A DNA stretch of 64,000 nucleotides from contig QPGO01000199.1 of the NCBI GenBank assembly GCA_008632985.1, forward strand, positions 62,001 through 126,000. Reading direction: 5' to 3'. This document shows positions 35,254 to 49,100 of the stretch, piece by piece. Each line of letters begins with the position of its first letter. Position 1 is the first letter of the stretch. A program made the translations under genes and the position numbers. Under the pieces are notes generated by a model. That model ran no database searches. It was not told the DNA's origin and was given only the letters and a program-made list of their open reading frames with translations. This DNA comes from Psammoneis japonica. Lineage: Eukaryota.

Positions 35254-37443
35254 ATGACAACGCCAATGCGATCGTGCGCGGATTTTTCCGTTTCCTCCGA
35301 TGTTCCTTTCTCTGTGAAAGACGAAGATGAGAGCAATACTCCCGCAGTTGTTACCCCGATCTCAAAGGGTTCAGACGCGTCGGGCTTCCCTCGAGATCGC
35401 GATGGCGAATGCTGCGACAACGAGAATTTTGGAGCGCCGATGGCGAAAACTCCAAATATAAAGGAAGCTACAGCTCACTTTGATAGTCTCCTCTCCTTTC
35501 TTGGAATTCCATCTGGCTCTGCCGACGCCATAGCTGTATCTGCCCTGCTCGAAGAGCTTGGTGCTACGACGATCGGTGACCTGGAGTTTCTAGAGGAAAA
35601 GAATTTCCAGCCGTATCCATCGATTTCTAGATTTACCAAACGCAAACTCCTTCTTGCGGCATCTTTCCTTCAGAATGGGGGCTCATTGGATAATGTAAGC
35701 TCCTTTAAGGATCTACGCGACGCTGTGAAATCTGGAAAGGCTTCTGCGCGATTATCCTCGCATAAGTCTGAAGAGAACCCTCACCCGAAAAAAGAGCTTG
35801 GCCCTGTTGTCACCCTAAATGTTGGAGGCAACAAATTTACCGCTTCTCGTGACACGCTTTCAAGATTTCCAGGGTCGTTTTTGGAGAGTCTAGTCTCTGG
35901 ACGGCACCTCAACCCGGCCTGCAAAGACAAGGAAGGCGCCTACTTTATTTGTCGCGATGGTACGCACTTTCAGCACATCCTCAACTTTCTCCGCGTCGGA
36001 ACTGTAGTGACTCTTCCGAAAGGAGCCGCGGCCCGAGAGGCTCTTGTCGTTGAAGCTGATTTCTATGGTCTTGACGAGCTTGTCCGAGCAATCACCTTCC
36101 CCAAGATTGATATCGACGATTTCCTCGACGAGGAGACTATCAAGATTCGCAAGGAGGAGGATGTACTTCGTGAGGCCTTTGCAGCTGGATCAGCTGCCAG
36201 TTTTGATAGCCACAGGGGTCTCATTCCTCTTTTTTGTCCAGATGACGGTCCTCATCCCTGCCGTTGACTTTTCAACCTGAATCCCATTCAAGTGAAAATC
36301 ATTACTGGCTCATGAAAACCCTGCGCAAAGACGAAGCAACGAGCCTTACACCAGTTACGGTTGGAGCCCTTAGCGAGTTTGAGACCAATTTCAACCGTGA
36401 GCATCCAATGTGCTCCATAGGCTATCGGAAGTCCTTCGTGAGGAGCCTGTCGTGATTGCTGGTGGAGCGGTACTTCGTGGTCTCACCTCCAGTTCTGGCA
36501 TTCGCACGGCCAATTGGTGGGGGCAACAAAAGTGACATTGACATGTTCCTACACTGCAGCAACGTGGAAGAAGCCAATCGAATTGCGCGACGTATCTGGT
36601 ACGCATTGACGGTGGACAATGAAGCGTGGGTGATTGTACGAAGTCGTGGAGTTATCACCATCCATGACTGTGTGAGAGGCAGGAAAACGCAGACGCTTCA
36701 AATCGTTCTTCGACTGTATCAATCTCCTGCCGAGGTCCTTCTGGGTTTTGATTGCGACTGTTGCTGCTGCCTATATGACGGAAGATCCGTATGGGTGACC
36801 CCAAGATGGCTCCATGCTGTGCAGCACGGTGTCAATATCTTGATCCACTCCATGCATGGCCCAACAAACCTTCCCACGAGCTGCGCTTGGCAAAGTACGC
36901 TTATCGTAGTTTCGCTGTTGCCATTCCAGGACTGGATCAGACTCGTATTGACTATGACCGAATCCACCGCACGGATCTTTGTAATCTCAAGGGCTTGTCC
37001 AGGCTGTTGAAAGTATCGTTTGAAATCGAGTGCTCGCGCAGTCGTTCATCCGATGGTATTCGTAACATTGACGCTCTAAGAGGTGAACAAGATGGTTGTA
37101 CAGATATCCCAGAGCATGTGATCAATGGAAGAACCGGAGAGTATGACGGGATGGACGACGTTGCAGTGATTATCCCTTCTAATTTCAACCCCTACGGCGA
37201 TGTCACGGCTTCCATGTGGTGGTTTGACAACTTCAGGGATTTTGAATTCCCACTGGCCAGGCAATGCCGTGATAAGTCTGGGAAGCAATCGAAAACAATG
37301 AAAACCCTCCCAACGGGGTGCCAGGTCGTCTCTCGGACTCCTGGAACCTCGAGAAGAAATCTCGTGAGTATTTGAACGCCACCATGGATAAGTTCGATCT
37401 GGACAATTTGTACTACATGCAGGCGTACAAGACCGACGATTGA
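35254..37443 (+). CDS. BTB/POZ (KCTD-type) domain fused to a putative nucleotidyltransferase-like domain (frameshifted)
   Basis: VTLNVGGNKFTASRDTL..FPGSFL...YFICRDGTHFQHILNFLR..EADFYGL, then IAGGAVL..SDIDMF, QIVLRLYQSPAEVLLGFDCDCCCCLYDG and E.RLAKYAYR. Confidence 0.7.
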
Positions 37444-37607
37444 TGAGGGCGGGAGCTCATTTAGTACTTGAAATGGGGGAGAGTGTATTGGGAGACATAT
37501 GTTGCTTCAAGAACCAACATTTGTGATAGCGCTACTGTAGTATGAATTTCGAATCGAGGACCTATCCTCAAATTACCATGCATGTCTTAGGTAATGAACT
37601 ATTCATT

Positions 37608-39350
37608 TTACAACAACACAGCTAGCTTTAATATGCGTTCCTTGAGCTTGTCTTTGTCGAACGCGTCGTCTTGAGGCAGGGAACGTACGAATCGAATCAG
37701 ACAAGACAAGAGACCCGTCTGTTTCGCCAAGACGCGTTGATTGCATACGGGTGTAGAAAGACTCATCAAGGTCTTGACAGCCAACCGTCGGACTTGGTCA
37801 ATGTTGTCCATGTTGTTCTGGGAAGCTACTGAAATCAATGCTTCCAACGCTCGGGGAGTGCGAACCAAGATTGTCAATAGCTCTCGTGTTTGTGCTAGCT
37901 TCCAAAAGGTTTGCACCACCCGCAACTTTGTTTCTCGTGTTGAAAATTCACTGGATGCCACGTGACTCAATGCCACTAGTATTTCGTTACTGCAGATTCG
38001 CTCTTGTAGTAGAAGCGTGTCGTTTTCATTCTCTACATATTCCAAAACAGTGCGTAAGCAATAGCCACAACCTCTTGATTGTTGCAAAACATCATGGCCG
38101 CCAGGCTTTCGAGTGCGTGAAGGATATGTTGCGAAGAAAACCCATTGTTGCACATGAAGCAAAAGAAGTTTGTAATCAACAGTGTCGCTTCCAAGCATGT
38201 AGTAGCGTTTGCGTTCACGTCGCGTTGCTTCTCCAGCACAAGTTCCTCGAGAGACTCGAGTAGCTCATCAACCTTGTCGGGCGGCGCGTGTTGCATGAGC
38301 GGTTTGACACTTACGCGCGTCAATTCACGCAATCCGTCAATTGCGTTTTGTCGTACGGACAAGATACACACAATATCGACAAGAGCTTCCAACAACAATG
38401 GCATGTGACAAACGAAACCACAACTCCTTACCATTTCCGCGAGACACGTCGTGGCGTCCATTGCAATGTCGGAACGACTATTCTTCGTGACAAGAGTGTG
38501 CAATGTATTTGCAAGTTGTGTGCAAACGACAAGTCGTCTGCCATTTCGGTTGAGTAGCAGAGGCATTCCACAGACAAGAGCAAGTCTCGAGTTGAATGAG
38601 TATTGACAAACAAGTTGTTCCAATCGATTTCGTCTTGTTTGCCACAGAGTAGCTGTTGAGCTAAGAAACTGTACTTGTGAATCTTCGGCATTGTTTTTGT
38701 AATGACACTAGCGGCAGCGTATATCGTTATTGCTGTGTTGCTGCTTGAATGAGTCAAAGGCTTGAGTATTTGCAGTACCATAGTTGTCATTTGTTTTTGT
38801 TCTTGTCGTCCTTGTCGACCAACCAGCAATCGCACAAGACACTTGAGCAGGCTAGTCGTTTTCGCGCACTCTTGTCGGTATGCGTCGTGTCTTGCCAAGA
38901 GCCAAGCAATTTGTAAACAATACCTTTGGATAGAAGTGGATCGTTGGCTTTTCAGTACAAGACTCAATATCTGCAACACCTCCTTGTACTCGTCAAAATT
39001 AATTCCATGTATTGTTGTTGATAATTGGTAGTCTCGTAGAGTTGCACAAGACAATGACAAGCTAGACCAATGACTTGTTCGTTTCCTGTTGTAGTATTTA
39101 TGCAATACCCTAAATGTACCAAGAGAACATTTTGAATGGATTGTGCTGTTGAAATTGGTAGTATACCGCCCGGACGTCGTATTTTCGTCAAAAGAATCTC
39201 GAGCAAACCAATTCGTTTAGTGTGTCGTTGCAAATGGACAAGTCTTGAAAAATCGTGTCGAGTACATCATGGTCTTGAACAATAGCAGTGGACGATCGAT
39301 GTCTTGATATTTTTCGTTTCTTTGTACATGGCACGTTGTTGTCACTCATC
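37608..39350 (-). CDS. Armadillo/HEAT-like helical repeat protein (frameshifted)
   Basis: Overlapping Leu-rich helical ORFs 37608-38198, 38033-38623, 38428-39105 and 38964-39233, for example AVKTLMSLS..NQRVLAKQTGLLSCLIRF. Confidence 0.55.
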
Positions 39351-39623
39351 ATCATGGTTGATTATAGTGGTGGGAGTTTCACCACATTTTTTGAGTGAGC
39401 TTGGCGATGAAAATGTGAGCTCGGGTCGCCAACCGTTGGAAAAGCGTTAGGTGGATAAATATACTATATGAGTCTGAATAAATAATATAAAATTCATCCG
39501 TTAGAACTATTCTGAGTCGATTGAATCAAAGATCGGTCATTGCTCGCGCGACATACAACACGCGCGCGAAGCAACAACACGGCAGAAACAAAACACAACA
39601 CAACAAACGCAAAACGCAACACC

Positions 39624-41131
39624 ATGAGCTACAAACAAAACGCCGCCGCCAACCGCGACGCCCTCTTTGGAGGAGCCAGTGGTAAGAAAAAGAACTCTTC
39701 CAAAAAGAATAATTACAAGCAAGATGCGTCAGCGAATCGCGATGCTTTGTTTAGCGGTGCATCAGCAGGAAGGAGGAGCTCGCGCTGCATCATCAGCCAT
39801 CAGCATCCACAACTCGCCCCAGCACGAGTAGTCAATCAACAGCCGAAAAACCAAAAACAACGTCATCCGGTTCTTCTGGTTACATATACGGTGTCAAGAC
39901 GACGTATGGTCAATCGAAAAAGCCGACACGCCCAACTCTCTCGGGAGAAGCCCGTGTTGCGAAATTAAACGAAGCCGACGAGCATCGCAAACAGGCCAAG
40001 AAACTCACCGCCGAAGCCTATATGCAATGTGGTGAAGTACGTTTGGAAAGAATTCATCGCATTGCTTCGGCGGATTGTCAAGCACGACAGGGAGCGTAGG
40101 CGAATGTGTGCGTGCGGCCGAGCTTGTGGAGGAATCGTCGAATGAAATGAGTTTGGAAGAACAACGCAACGAAGCGTCTCGATTGTATCTGCAAGCAGCA
40201 GAGAATTTTACGCAAATGAATGAACCCGCCAAGACTGGTAAATACAGAATCAAGGCAGCCATGGCGTGGACATATGGTGATGATTCGGGAGTGCTGGATA
40301 AGCGCACCATGGTGGCGCTCGAAGAAGCCATTGAAGGGTATTGTCCTGATTTGCTCAATCGACGCGCTCGATACCGACAAACGGGAACGAGTGCTTTTGT
40401 CAATCCCGAACACCCCGAACCCACACCGGAAGACATGCAAATGGCCAAGCATCACTTGGTCACGTCTTCGTATGCGCACGAGCCCGTCATGGATTTGGTC
40501 TATGTCTTTGTGGAGAACAGCGAATAACCCTCGGCCTTGTACGCAGCAGGATCCGCGTCTGCCATTTTGGAAAAGGACGGCATTTCCACCCTGACGTTGG
40601 GACGCACGTTTGTGGTGGAAACGATGTTGCTACTCGCCATGGGCAATCCCGTCGGTGCCGAACAGCTCTTTTTAAATACGCACGTGCAACAAACATCCTA
40701 TTTGAGTTCAAGAGAATGCCGATTGGCCGAAGACTTGTTTCGTGCCGTGCTACAGCGAGATGGAGATGCGCTCGAGGAGACGCGATCCCCGCATGGGCCC
40801 AACCGTGCCGCTCTGGCCAATTTGCATCCCAAGGCACGAGAGCTCGTGATGCAACTCCGCATAAGTGGCGTAGCAAAAAAAACGAGTAGCACGAAAAAGA
40901 AGACAACGCCGGTTGCACCGGTTGTACAACAAGAAGAGGATGATGATGAGTTTGTTTCGTCCAATCCTGAAACCGAGGCACCACCGCCATCGGCAGCAGC
41001 ACAACAAACCGACATTGATGAGTTGCATGCTGAAATGGACGATTTACTCAATGACATGGGACTCGGATCCGATACGGAAAGTGAAGGGGAAGAAGATTCC
41101 GATGACGATGAATGAATTGGATTTGCGTTAG
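39624..41131 (+). CDS. Gamma-SNAP-like (soluble NSF attachment protein) with acidic tail
   Basis: EASRLYLQAAENF, ETMLLLAMGNPVGAE, YLSSRECRLAEDLFRAV..D.DALE and a D/E-rich C terminus. Interrupted by frameshifts and a stop. Confidence 0.6.
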
Positions 41132-41417
41132 ATACATTAATGTACTGTAGTTGTTAGGTCGTTATTGTTTTTCACGCACACAAGTACTTGTATGGTGTTT
41201 TGCAGTGGCGAAAGATCCATTTGACATCATAATATAGGGTAGAAAAACGTGCTGCAACAGACAGCAGCTGCCTATTCTACTTTACCCGGGAATAAACGAA
41301 GTCGAAGATTCGGATGACGTGAATTGGTTTCGCGTTTGTATGATATGACTCTAGTTAGTGTACTGCTCATACTGTGGCTAGTGTGATCTCACATCTAATT
41401 GTGTAAAACTCGTGTTG

Positions 41418-42484
41418 CTAGAGTGTGCTATTCTCGTCATCCTGCTCTCCTTGCGGCAAAAAGAGATTATGCTTGCCACATCCACAACCATCTTCAATTT
41501 CTTGTTCCTCTTGGGTCATGCGCATCATGGCAGCCCGTGCTGACAATTCTCGTCTCGACAAATGTTGCTCTTGTGGACTAGTAGTAGTGCCACCAAGGCG
41601 ATACGCACCGCCCTCGTACAATGTGTCACTGTCTTCGCCATGACTACCAGTAGACAATCCCGCTCCACCAGTCCAATCCATTTCATTGCACTCTCGTTCA
41701 ATCTGTCTCATTAACTGAAAAAAGTTGTTGTCATGCTCGGAATGGACATTGTGACTTAATTCGTGAAATAGCACTTTGCGGATGCTGAGAATCCTACGAA
41801 AACCTTGCAAATCATCGGTACGAAGTCTCAGCAATATCTTTTGTCCCTTGTTTTGATTGAGACCCATGACACAAACGGCCCACTCGCCTACTTTACCATC
41901 GGGTGCCAGCTCTGCTAGACATGCCACGTTCCATTGGTGCTTGGCCATGCACGCCAAAATGCCAGGGTCCTTGGCGAGGCTTTCCAGAATCGCGTGTGCC
42001 TTTCCGCGATTCGGAAATTGCGGGAGGGTTTCAATTCTGCCAAATCCATATTGTGGAATATTTGTATAGCTAGAACGCGATGCTTTCTTCATGGCTTGTC
42101 GGCCCAACCACTGTCGCCTCTTGATATCGGCTTGTCCTTGTTTCGTCAAGTCGCCCTTGATTCGAGGTGCATTCTGGAATTCTTCTTGCATGGCCTTGAC
42201 TTGGCTTGGGGAAACGCCACTTGCCAAGAGACGATAATGTTTCTTTCTGCTTTGTTAGTGTTGTAATACTTCAAACAAGTCGTCTTGGTTATTCAAAACT
42301 TTTCCCTTGAACATGAGCTTGATGTGTTGACACGTTATAAATCATTACTGTCAATGGACGACGACACGAGCCGTTCTTTCACTGTTTCGACTGTCGTTCC
42401 TGGAACCAGCGGTTCTTCAAACTTAACACCACAAAAGGCAACACTGATGATAGGTGGAGCTTCTTGTTGTACTGTGGACGCCAT
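41418..42484 (-). CDS. Ubiquitin-like domain plus WLM (Wss1-like) zinc metalloprotease
   Basis: MGLNQNKGQKILLRLRTDDLQGFR and VLFHELSHNVHSEHD (HExxH) motifs. The upstream frameshifted segment begins MASTVQQE. Confidence 0.8.
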
Positions 42485-42554
42485 GGTTTAGCCTCGTTGG
42501 GGAATGGAGAAATAATAATAATGCCATTTCACCATGGTCATGCGCGCGTTGCGT

Positions 42555-43946
42555 TTATTTTTCGCCAGACGATACATCAGAGCGAGCCTGAAAGACTTCA
42601 TTAGCATGAGCCTCGTCCATCCACGCGGCAGCAAAGCGTGCCGCTTCAGCCGCTGATGAATATGTTCGGCCTGTTCCGGCGTCGACCCTTGAGGCGGCAC
42701 AACATGTACTTGAGTCAAGACATCGATTCCATCGGCACAAAGCCATAGATTCAGCGAAAGGTCCAAATCAGAAGCCCGTGCAGTCTCGAGTGACATATCT
42801 TGAGAAGGGAGATCCATGTAGGTCTCCAGCCGAAGTGCGGTTGCCACGCCATCCACCACAGGAGAAGGATAAGAGTTTCCATTGTCCAACGCCAAGTCTG
42901 CTCCAGTGGCCGCAGAGCTTTGCTTCTTCAAGGCAAAATCAAAAGACTTCTGCTCCATAGAATTTGACCCTTCAACGGAAAACGACACGGCATTCGAAAG
43001 TTTTTGCGCGACGGCGTGATCCACCTCTGCAATAATCGGCGGAGGAACAATTAACGCTGAAGTGATTGGTTTCAACCAAGTGTGGTCTTGTAGTGTTGCC
43101 CCCTGTTGCAATAATACCAAAATAAGATCTTCTTCCTGTGACTTTAAGCCGGATGCTTCGTGCTTTTTCGCCAAGAGGTTCACAAAATCGACGGCATCAG
43201 AGCGTGAAGCAGCCATCCTCTGTTTTTCTTTGGAAAACAGAACTTGAACTTTGCCAGTGTGTCTTTCCTTATCGTCTTCCTTCATCGGCTCCTCGTGGAC
43301 ATGCGGTCTCAATCCATGCCTAGTATGGTTTTGGTGATGAAACAAAAGTGTGTTAAATAAACCGTACCTGCGCGAAGAGGCATCAGCATTTCGAACGCAA
43401 CATTTGGAAGCTTACCAATGCGGAACAGAACCTTCGTCTATGTAGTTTAGTCTTGACACAAGGGTCTCGTCACTTTCGACACCATCCATAACAGCACACA
43501 CGAGAAACAGCCGATTTCGATCCGTATTTCTGTCGTCGCAAAAGCAAGAGCTTCAGCGTCAGTACACTTCAACTCAGAATTGACATGAAACATACCGATT
43601 TTTTTCATGCTCACCGAAACACACTCTCAACCGACGCTGCTACCTTCTCTGCATCATCCCCAACAATGACAAATGCTACACGAGGATGCGTAGGAGAGTA
43701 CCCAAGTATATCTACTCGATTGAGAATGTTATGGATCATAGTCTTGCCGGGCGCAACAACGGATGCTGAATTCGATCTCACTCCGCCTCCGCCCGGAGAC
43801 GAAGCGCTGAACAACGCCATAATAACCAACGGCCAGACACACGCAAGAAGCAGAAAGAGCCGTGCTTTTGTCGCATCACTGAAGTCATCTTGCGGAAGAC
43901 CCCGTGCCCTTGATGTGCGACGCTGTGGAGGACGACGGCTCGCCAT
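42555..43946 (-). CDS. Type II membrane glycosyltransferase, polypeptide GalNAc-transferase-like (spliced)
   Basis: N-terminal TM LFLLLACVWPLVIMALF, PRVAFVIVG..SVESVF, WLKPITSAL, SLNLWLCADGIDVL, ARFAAAWMDE. Confidence 0.6.
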
Positions 43947-45520
43947 GGTCGACACTTCGTTTTTTTTTTCGGTGTCGGCCAGAAAATGACCGCGGCAGGA
44001 ATGAGAGGCGTGAGTACTTGCCTTTTCGTACCTTTCTACATACGAAAGATCGTACCGAATATTCAATACTGATGATGCGTAGGCTCTACTGCCAGACTTC
44101 CAGCCCGCCCGCCCAGATCATATCAAATCAGATTGACAACGATCCTGAATTGCATGGATGGTTGAATGCAAGGATTTATAAGTCTGTCAGGATGTACAAG
44201 CTACGTAGAACGCGTGTTGCCATGCGTGGTCAACAGCCTCTAAGTAATCTTGACGGTGCGAACTCCGCCGTTAAAGTATATAAATTTATCTATTTTGTAT
44301 ATGTATTTGTAAAGCAAGAGACCGGACACGAGACTTCCAGTCTCCTCATTTTTTCAAGGGTTCGCGCATCATTCAAAAAGGCACCACACACCATGATAAT
44401 CGGAGCGGCTTATTAGACTATTGACGATCCTTTCAACAATACCAACGCTATCTACTAGTCTTTACCTTCATATATAAACAGCTTATGTTGCTTTTTCGAA
44501 GGTAAGCAGCCAATAGTAAGGTGAAAAAAGGATTTTGTATTGACACCACGGTTCGAGACTCATTATCGCTCTCTGTCGCAATCGAATTATATTGCGCTTT
44601 TGTTTCGGCATCTCACTCATTTTCTTTGACATGTTCGTCTTTATAACTCATATAGAGAAGATCTTGAGCAATGTATCACCCCTACGGACGAACAATGGCT
44701 CATAGTTTCGTGTCGGTGTCGACACCATTTTTTCTTTTCAACTCATGTTCTTCCTTATATCGGAATGGGGCTGTGGTGTGTCCTACGCTCTCTTTTGGCC
44801 TGAGCCAAGAAACATACAGTTGATACTATCACGAATAATGACAATTATAATGTGCAATGGGTTGGATATTGACGTCCATGACCTTGCCGAGTGCCGGTTA
44901 GTAGTACTCCCTCGTTCAGGGACCGAAAACTGGGGTAAATCTTGGTGGCGTGGAGACTCTGCTATTGGAATGCGAGCGAGCGGGCTGGAATCTCGTGCAG
45001 TTTACTTCTGAAGGATGTGTACAATAAGGTATGTTTACATTTAAAGCAGTATTGATGCATCATGCATACAGTACTGGTATGAGGATTTACAAACTGACAA
45101 TTTCATTCTCCGTCTCCATTTTTCCCATGTAGGCGGTGTCTTAATTTTGTTTCTTGCGGCCTTTCGGATCTACAAAGGAGGACGGGAACGACTTGTACCT
45201 TATCAATCTAGGGTTGTCGTCATTAGGTCCATAATTTGTGGTGACGAGGTGTCTGTTAGTTGCAGGAACTAAGACGCACCTCACGGAGTGCCGGTACCCC
45301 AAGACGCACCTCAAGACGACGCACCACCATGTGTGCATTATTTTATGTTTCTTGTTGCCTTTCAATCTGCAAAGGAGGTCTGAGACACGACCTGAATAAT
45401 TTTGGATCGTTGTTGGGAACGACTTGTACCTTACACTTCTAGGGTTGTCGTCAGAAGACCGTGTGCTTTGTGGTGACGAGGTGTCAACGAGTTTTGCAAA
45501 CTTAAGACATACAGTACAGT

Positions 45521-46013
45521 GCCTCAAGAAATACAGCACCTCAAGACACCATCACGGAACACGGTACATTATACCTCAAGTTCGTCTCATTTCTTGTCAA
45601 GTGGTGCATGACTGTCCTCTCTGTACTGCAGCAAGGTTGCGGTGTGCGCTGGATGAGTTGAGACAGCGCCTCAAGAAATACAGCACCTCAAGACACCATC
45701 ACGGAACACGGTACATTATACCTCAAGTTCGTCTCATTTCTTGTCAAGTGGTGCATGACTGTCCTCTCTGTACTGCAGTAAGGTTGCGGTGTGCGCTGGA
45801 TTAGTTGAGACAGCGCCTCAAGAAATACAGCACCTCAAGACACCATCACGGAACACGGTACATTATACCTCAAGTTCGTCTCATTTCTTGTCAAGTGGTG
45901 CATGACTGTCCTCTCTTTACTGCAGTAAGGTTGCGGTGTGCGCTGGATGAGTTGAGACAGCGCCTCAAGAAATACAGCACCTCAAGACACCATCACGGAA
46001 CATAGTACATTAT
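45521..46013. repeat. 147-bp tandem repeat, about 3.3 near-identical copies
   Basis: Units start at 45521, 45668, 45815 and 45962 (gcctcaagaaatacagcacc...). Confidence 0.95.
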
Positions 46014-46178
46014 GTACGGTATCCATGCACATGATCGGCATACTTTCTTATAGGCTTGAGTGCCTTTTCAAGTGGAAGTCTTTACTGTAAGTAACCCAAA
46101 CCCCACCAAATGGATAGGGCAATCTGGAGCAGAGAGCGCTTTAGAGAAACCAACTGAGAGTGATCAAACAGAACGTGT

Positions 46179-49100
46179 TTAAAAGTTACTTGTGACCTCG
46201 ACGCTTGACTTTTTGACTTGAGCTCTGAGATTCTGTTGGAATGCAACGTCTGACGAGCCTTTTGCATAATGCCCTGTGTTGTCCTCTTTGTACTTGTCTG
46301 TAACAGCCCCGAATCTTGCGTGAGCTGTCTTCGAAATAAGCTGCTTGTATACTTTGAGCTTGTCGTCCGTCGTAATTGAGTTGTCACTCTCGAAGCACTT
46401 GAGAAAAGCTTTCTCCAAATCCTTGTGCCCCATGATACTCTCATATGCTTCCTTGACACATTCTTTTCCCTTGCTTTTCATAGTTCCTTCGTTGCACCCC
46501 AATCGGATACAACCCAACAACCTCTTCCCGAAGTGGAATACTATGGTGCCACCAAGGTAAGTCCGCCTCTGTTTCGAATCTTGTCAGAAGTAGCGTAGCA
46601 GTTAGCCATGTAGTTCTCATCTTTGAGTGCCTCGTGGTGCAAAATTCTCATCCGTTTCAGGAAATCGATTTTGGCTTGGGTCTTGTCGCTAACTTCCTCC
46701 GAGAGTTCGTCATTGTTCAGATGAATCGTCTTTTGCAGTACGTCTTTAATTGCCCAGCCAAAGATTCGATTGACTTCGGAATTCGCATCATCTACCGACA
46801 CCTCAATGCCAGTAGACTTCCTCTTGCGTGTTGATGCACCCCCCGCCTTCTTGACAAGCTCATGATGAACTTTGTCCATAGCCGAAAGGACCCAACCAAC
46901 AAACATCTCACCTATCGTCATCCCTACCAAACACCACGGCAGACGTTCTCGCATACCCTCAGGAGCCAGCTTGCTCGCCTCGTCAATAGTACCGCTCTGA
47001 AGACATCGCCAGATTTGAAGGTAGAAGCTGTTATAGACAGATGCACTTGTGATGATGGACATTTCAAGGTAAGAAAGTAGCTTGTCTGTAATCGTCTTGC
47101 ACGCTCTATCAAACGACTCATGCTCGCTTGCATTCAATTGGAACAGCTTTTCGAAAAAGCCTTGAGATTGCGTGAACATGCTTGCCCATGCTATCTTGGA
47201 GAAGTCTCCAAATTCGAGCAGAGTCGGAGCGAAGTGCTTTGAGAGACATTGCTCACGGAGCTTTGACACCGCCAAAGAACCGGCGGTTCCAAGAAATTCC
47301 ATGTCTGGATCGCTGGTGTCAGAGAAGCAGGAAATATCAACGTCTCCTTGCACCGACTGGGGAGATTTCAGCTTGGTAAGCCACTCATCCCTCTTCTTAT
47401 CGCGACGTAAAAATACACGCTCCATCTGATTCGCGCCCTTCTCTTCTTCTGGGGTCTCTTCGACGTCATCCGCAGAGTAGCATTTGTTGTTCGCCAGGGC
47501 TTGTTTTCCTCTTGACTTGTCCATGCACGACACAGCAGCTCTGTATCCAACGGCAGTATCGCGATTCTTGGACCGAACCAGGGAAAACCAAGCCTCTATT
47601 GAGCTCTGGTTGGAGTGAAGAAAAGGCACATATGCCGGTCCATTCTCCATATTCAGGACATATCGTGCATACCCAAAGAATCCCACGACACCGACCCGCA
47701 TATTGAGGTACGTTTCACTTGATAAGAACTTCTTCTCCCACAATGGATCCTTCTGTGCTTTCAACTCAAGCTGTTTCTTCTTCCATTTTTCAAAGTAGTC
47801 AAGAGCCTCTCTCGTCTTCAACTCGCACTCGTCAATGTTATCCTTGGTGAGGTTTCGCATTTTCTTCATGAACGTCTCGTTGTAAATACACGAAACGTTG
47901 ACTGCATACTCAAGACAACACAGCGTCTGACGAATCGGCTCTGGGGCTTTGCTATCCAATTCAGACACCTTTTCCTTCAGTATCTTCAATCGATCCTGCA
48001 TGAGTTGAACGTTCCCAATATCCTTGCCCGTATTTCCTTCTGTCATGAGGTCGCTCACACAGCCAAGTTCGGATCCAAGGTAAGTCATCTGCTCCGTGAT
48101 TGTGTCATAGGTAAAGGGAGCCTTGGCGTCGGATACTCCCATCATGTTCCATTTGTTTGGATACGTGGAGGATTTGCGGAGGTCTGTCTGTTGGAGGGAT
48201 CTTCGCATGTCTCGTTTGTAAGTATTTTCCACCTGTGGCCAGCCAAACTTGGTGCCGTCCATTTCAAATTGCCTTGGTGCGCTCACTGTTTCTTGTCCCC
48301 CCTTTTTCTTGCAGATGCCGTCGTCGTCGTGATTGGTACCATTGTCATTAGACCCTTCAACCTCGACCTCTCCGACACTCACGCCGGCCACTTTCTTGGC
48401 GACTGCGTCGCTCCCTGTTGCAGCGATGATGACTTGCTCGGTGGCAGAATCAGCTTCTATCGGAGTGGCTTTGGCTGTCTCAGCGGTTGAATCATCATTC
48501 CCAGCTTCTTGTCCGCGTTTCTTCAAGGATCTTCGTCTGCCATTCGTTGCCTTGTCCATCAACTTCTTGCTAACTCTCTTCCTCTTGCTCTTTTTCGTTT
48601 TGGAAGCAGGACGCACCTTGGGAGGTCTACTCTTCTCGAGAGCATTCCTCACAGCCTTGAGGTTGTGAGTGCTGCAATGCCACAGCCATATCTTCCGTAG
48701 AGGGTCGACCGGATGAATAATCGATACAAATTCATCGGTAAGCCACGCTTGGTCCGGCACCGCTCGTCCCTGCCTCAACAGCTTGTACATTCGTGCATTG
48801 TTTCCTCCTGCATCGCATACCAAACCATGAATATGTATACCAACCATTTCATACAGGAGCACAACGTGCGTGAATTGGCGTACAAGATCGTCTCCAGACA
48901 GAGAATTAACGAAAAAGTACTCAGCATTGTGAGTCTCGTTATAAAAGGATCGGAATCGCCATTGATTGACGCTAACAGCAGGCTCCTTGTCCTGAGCATC
49001 TTGAGGTGAGTACTCTTTGTCATCTTCAACCAACATATTCCTGAGCTCTTCTTTGACATTCAAACTTTTTGATTCGCTTGTAAACCCCGCCATATGGTGA

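Noticed and set aside
45521..46013. CRISPR-like appearance of regular repeats
   Set aside because: Full-length tandem units with no unique spacers, no cas genes and a eukaryotic context.
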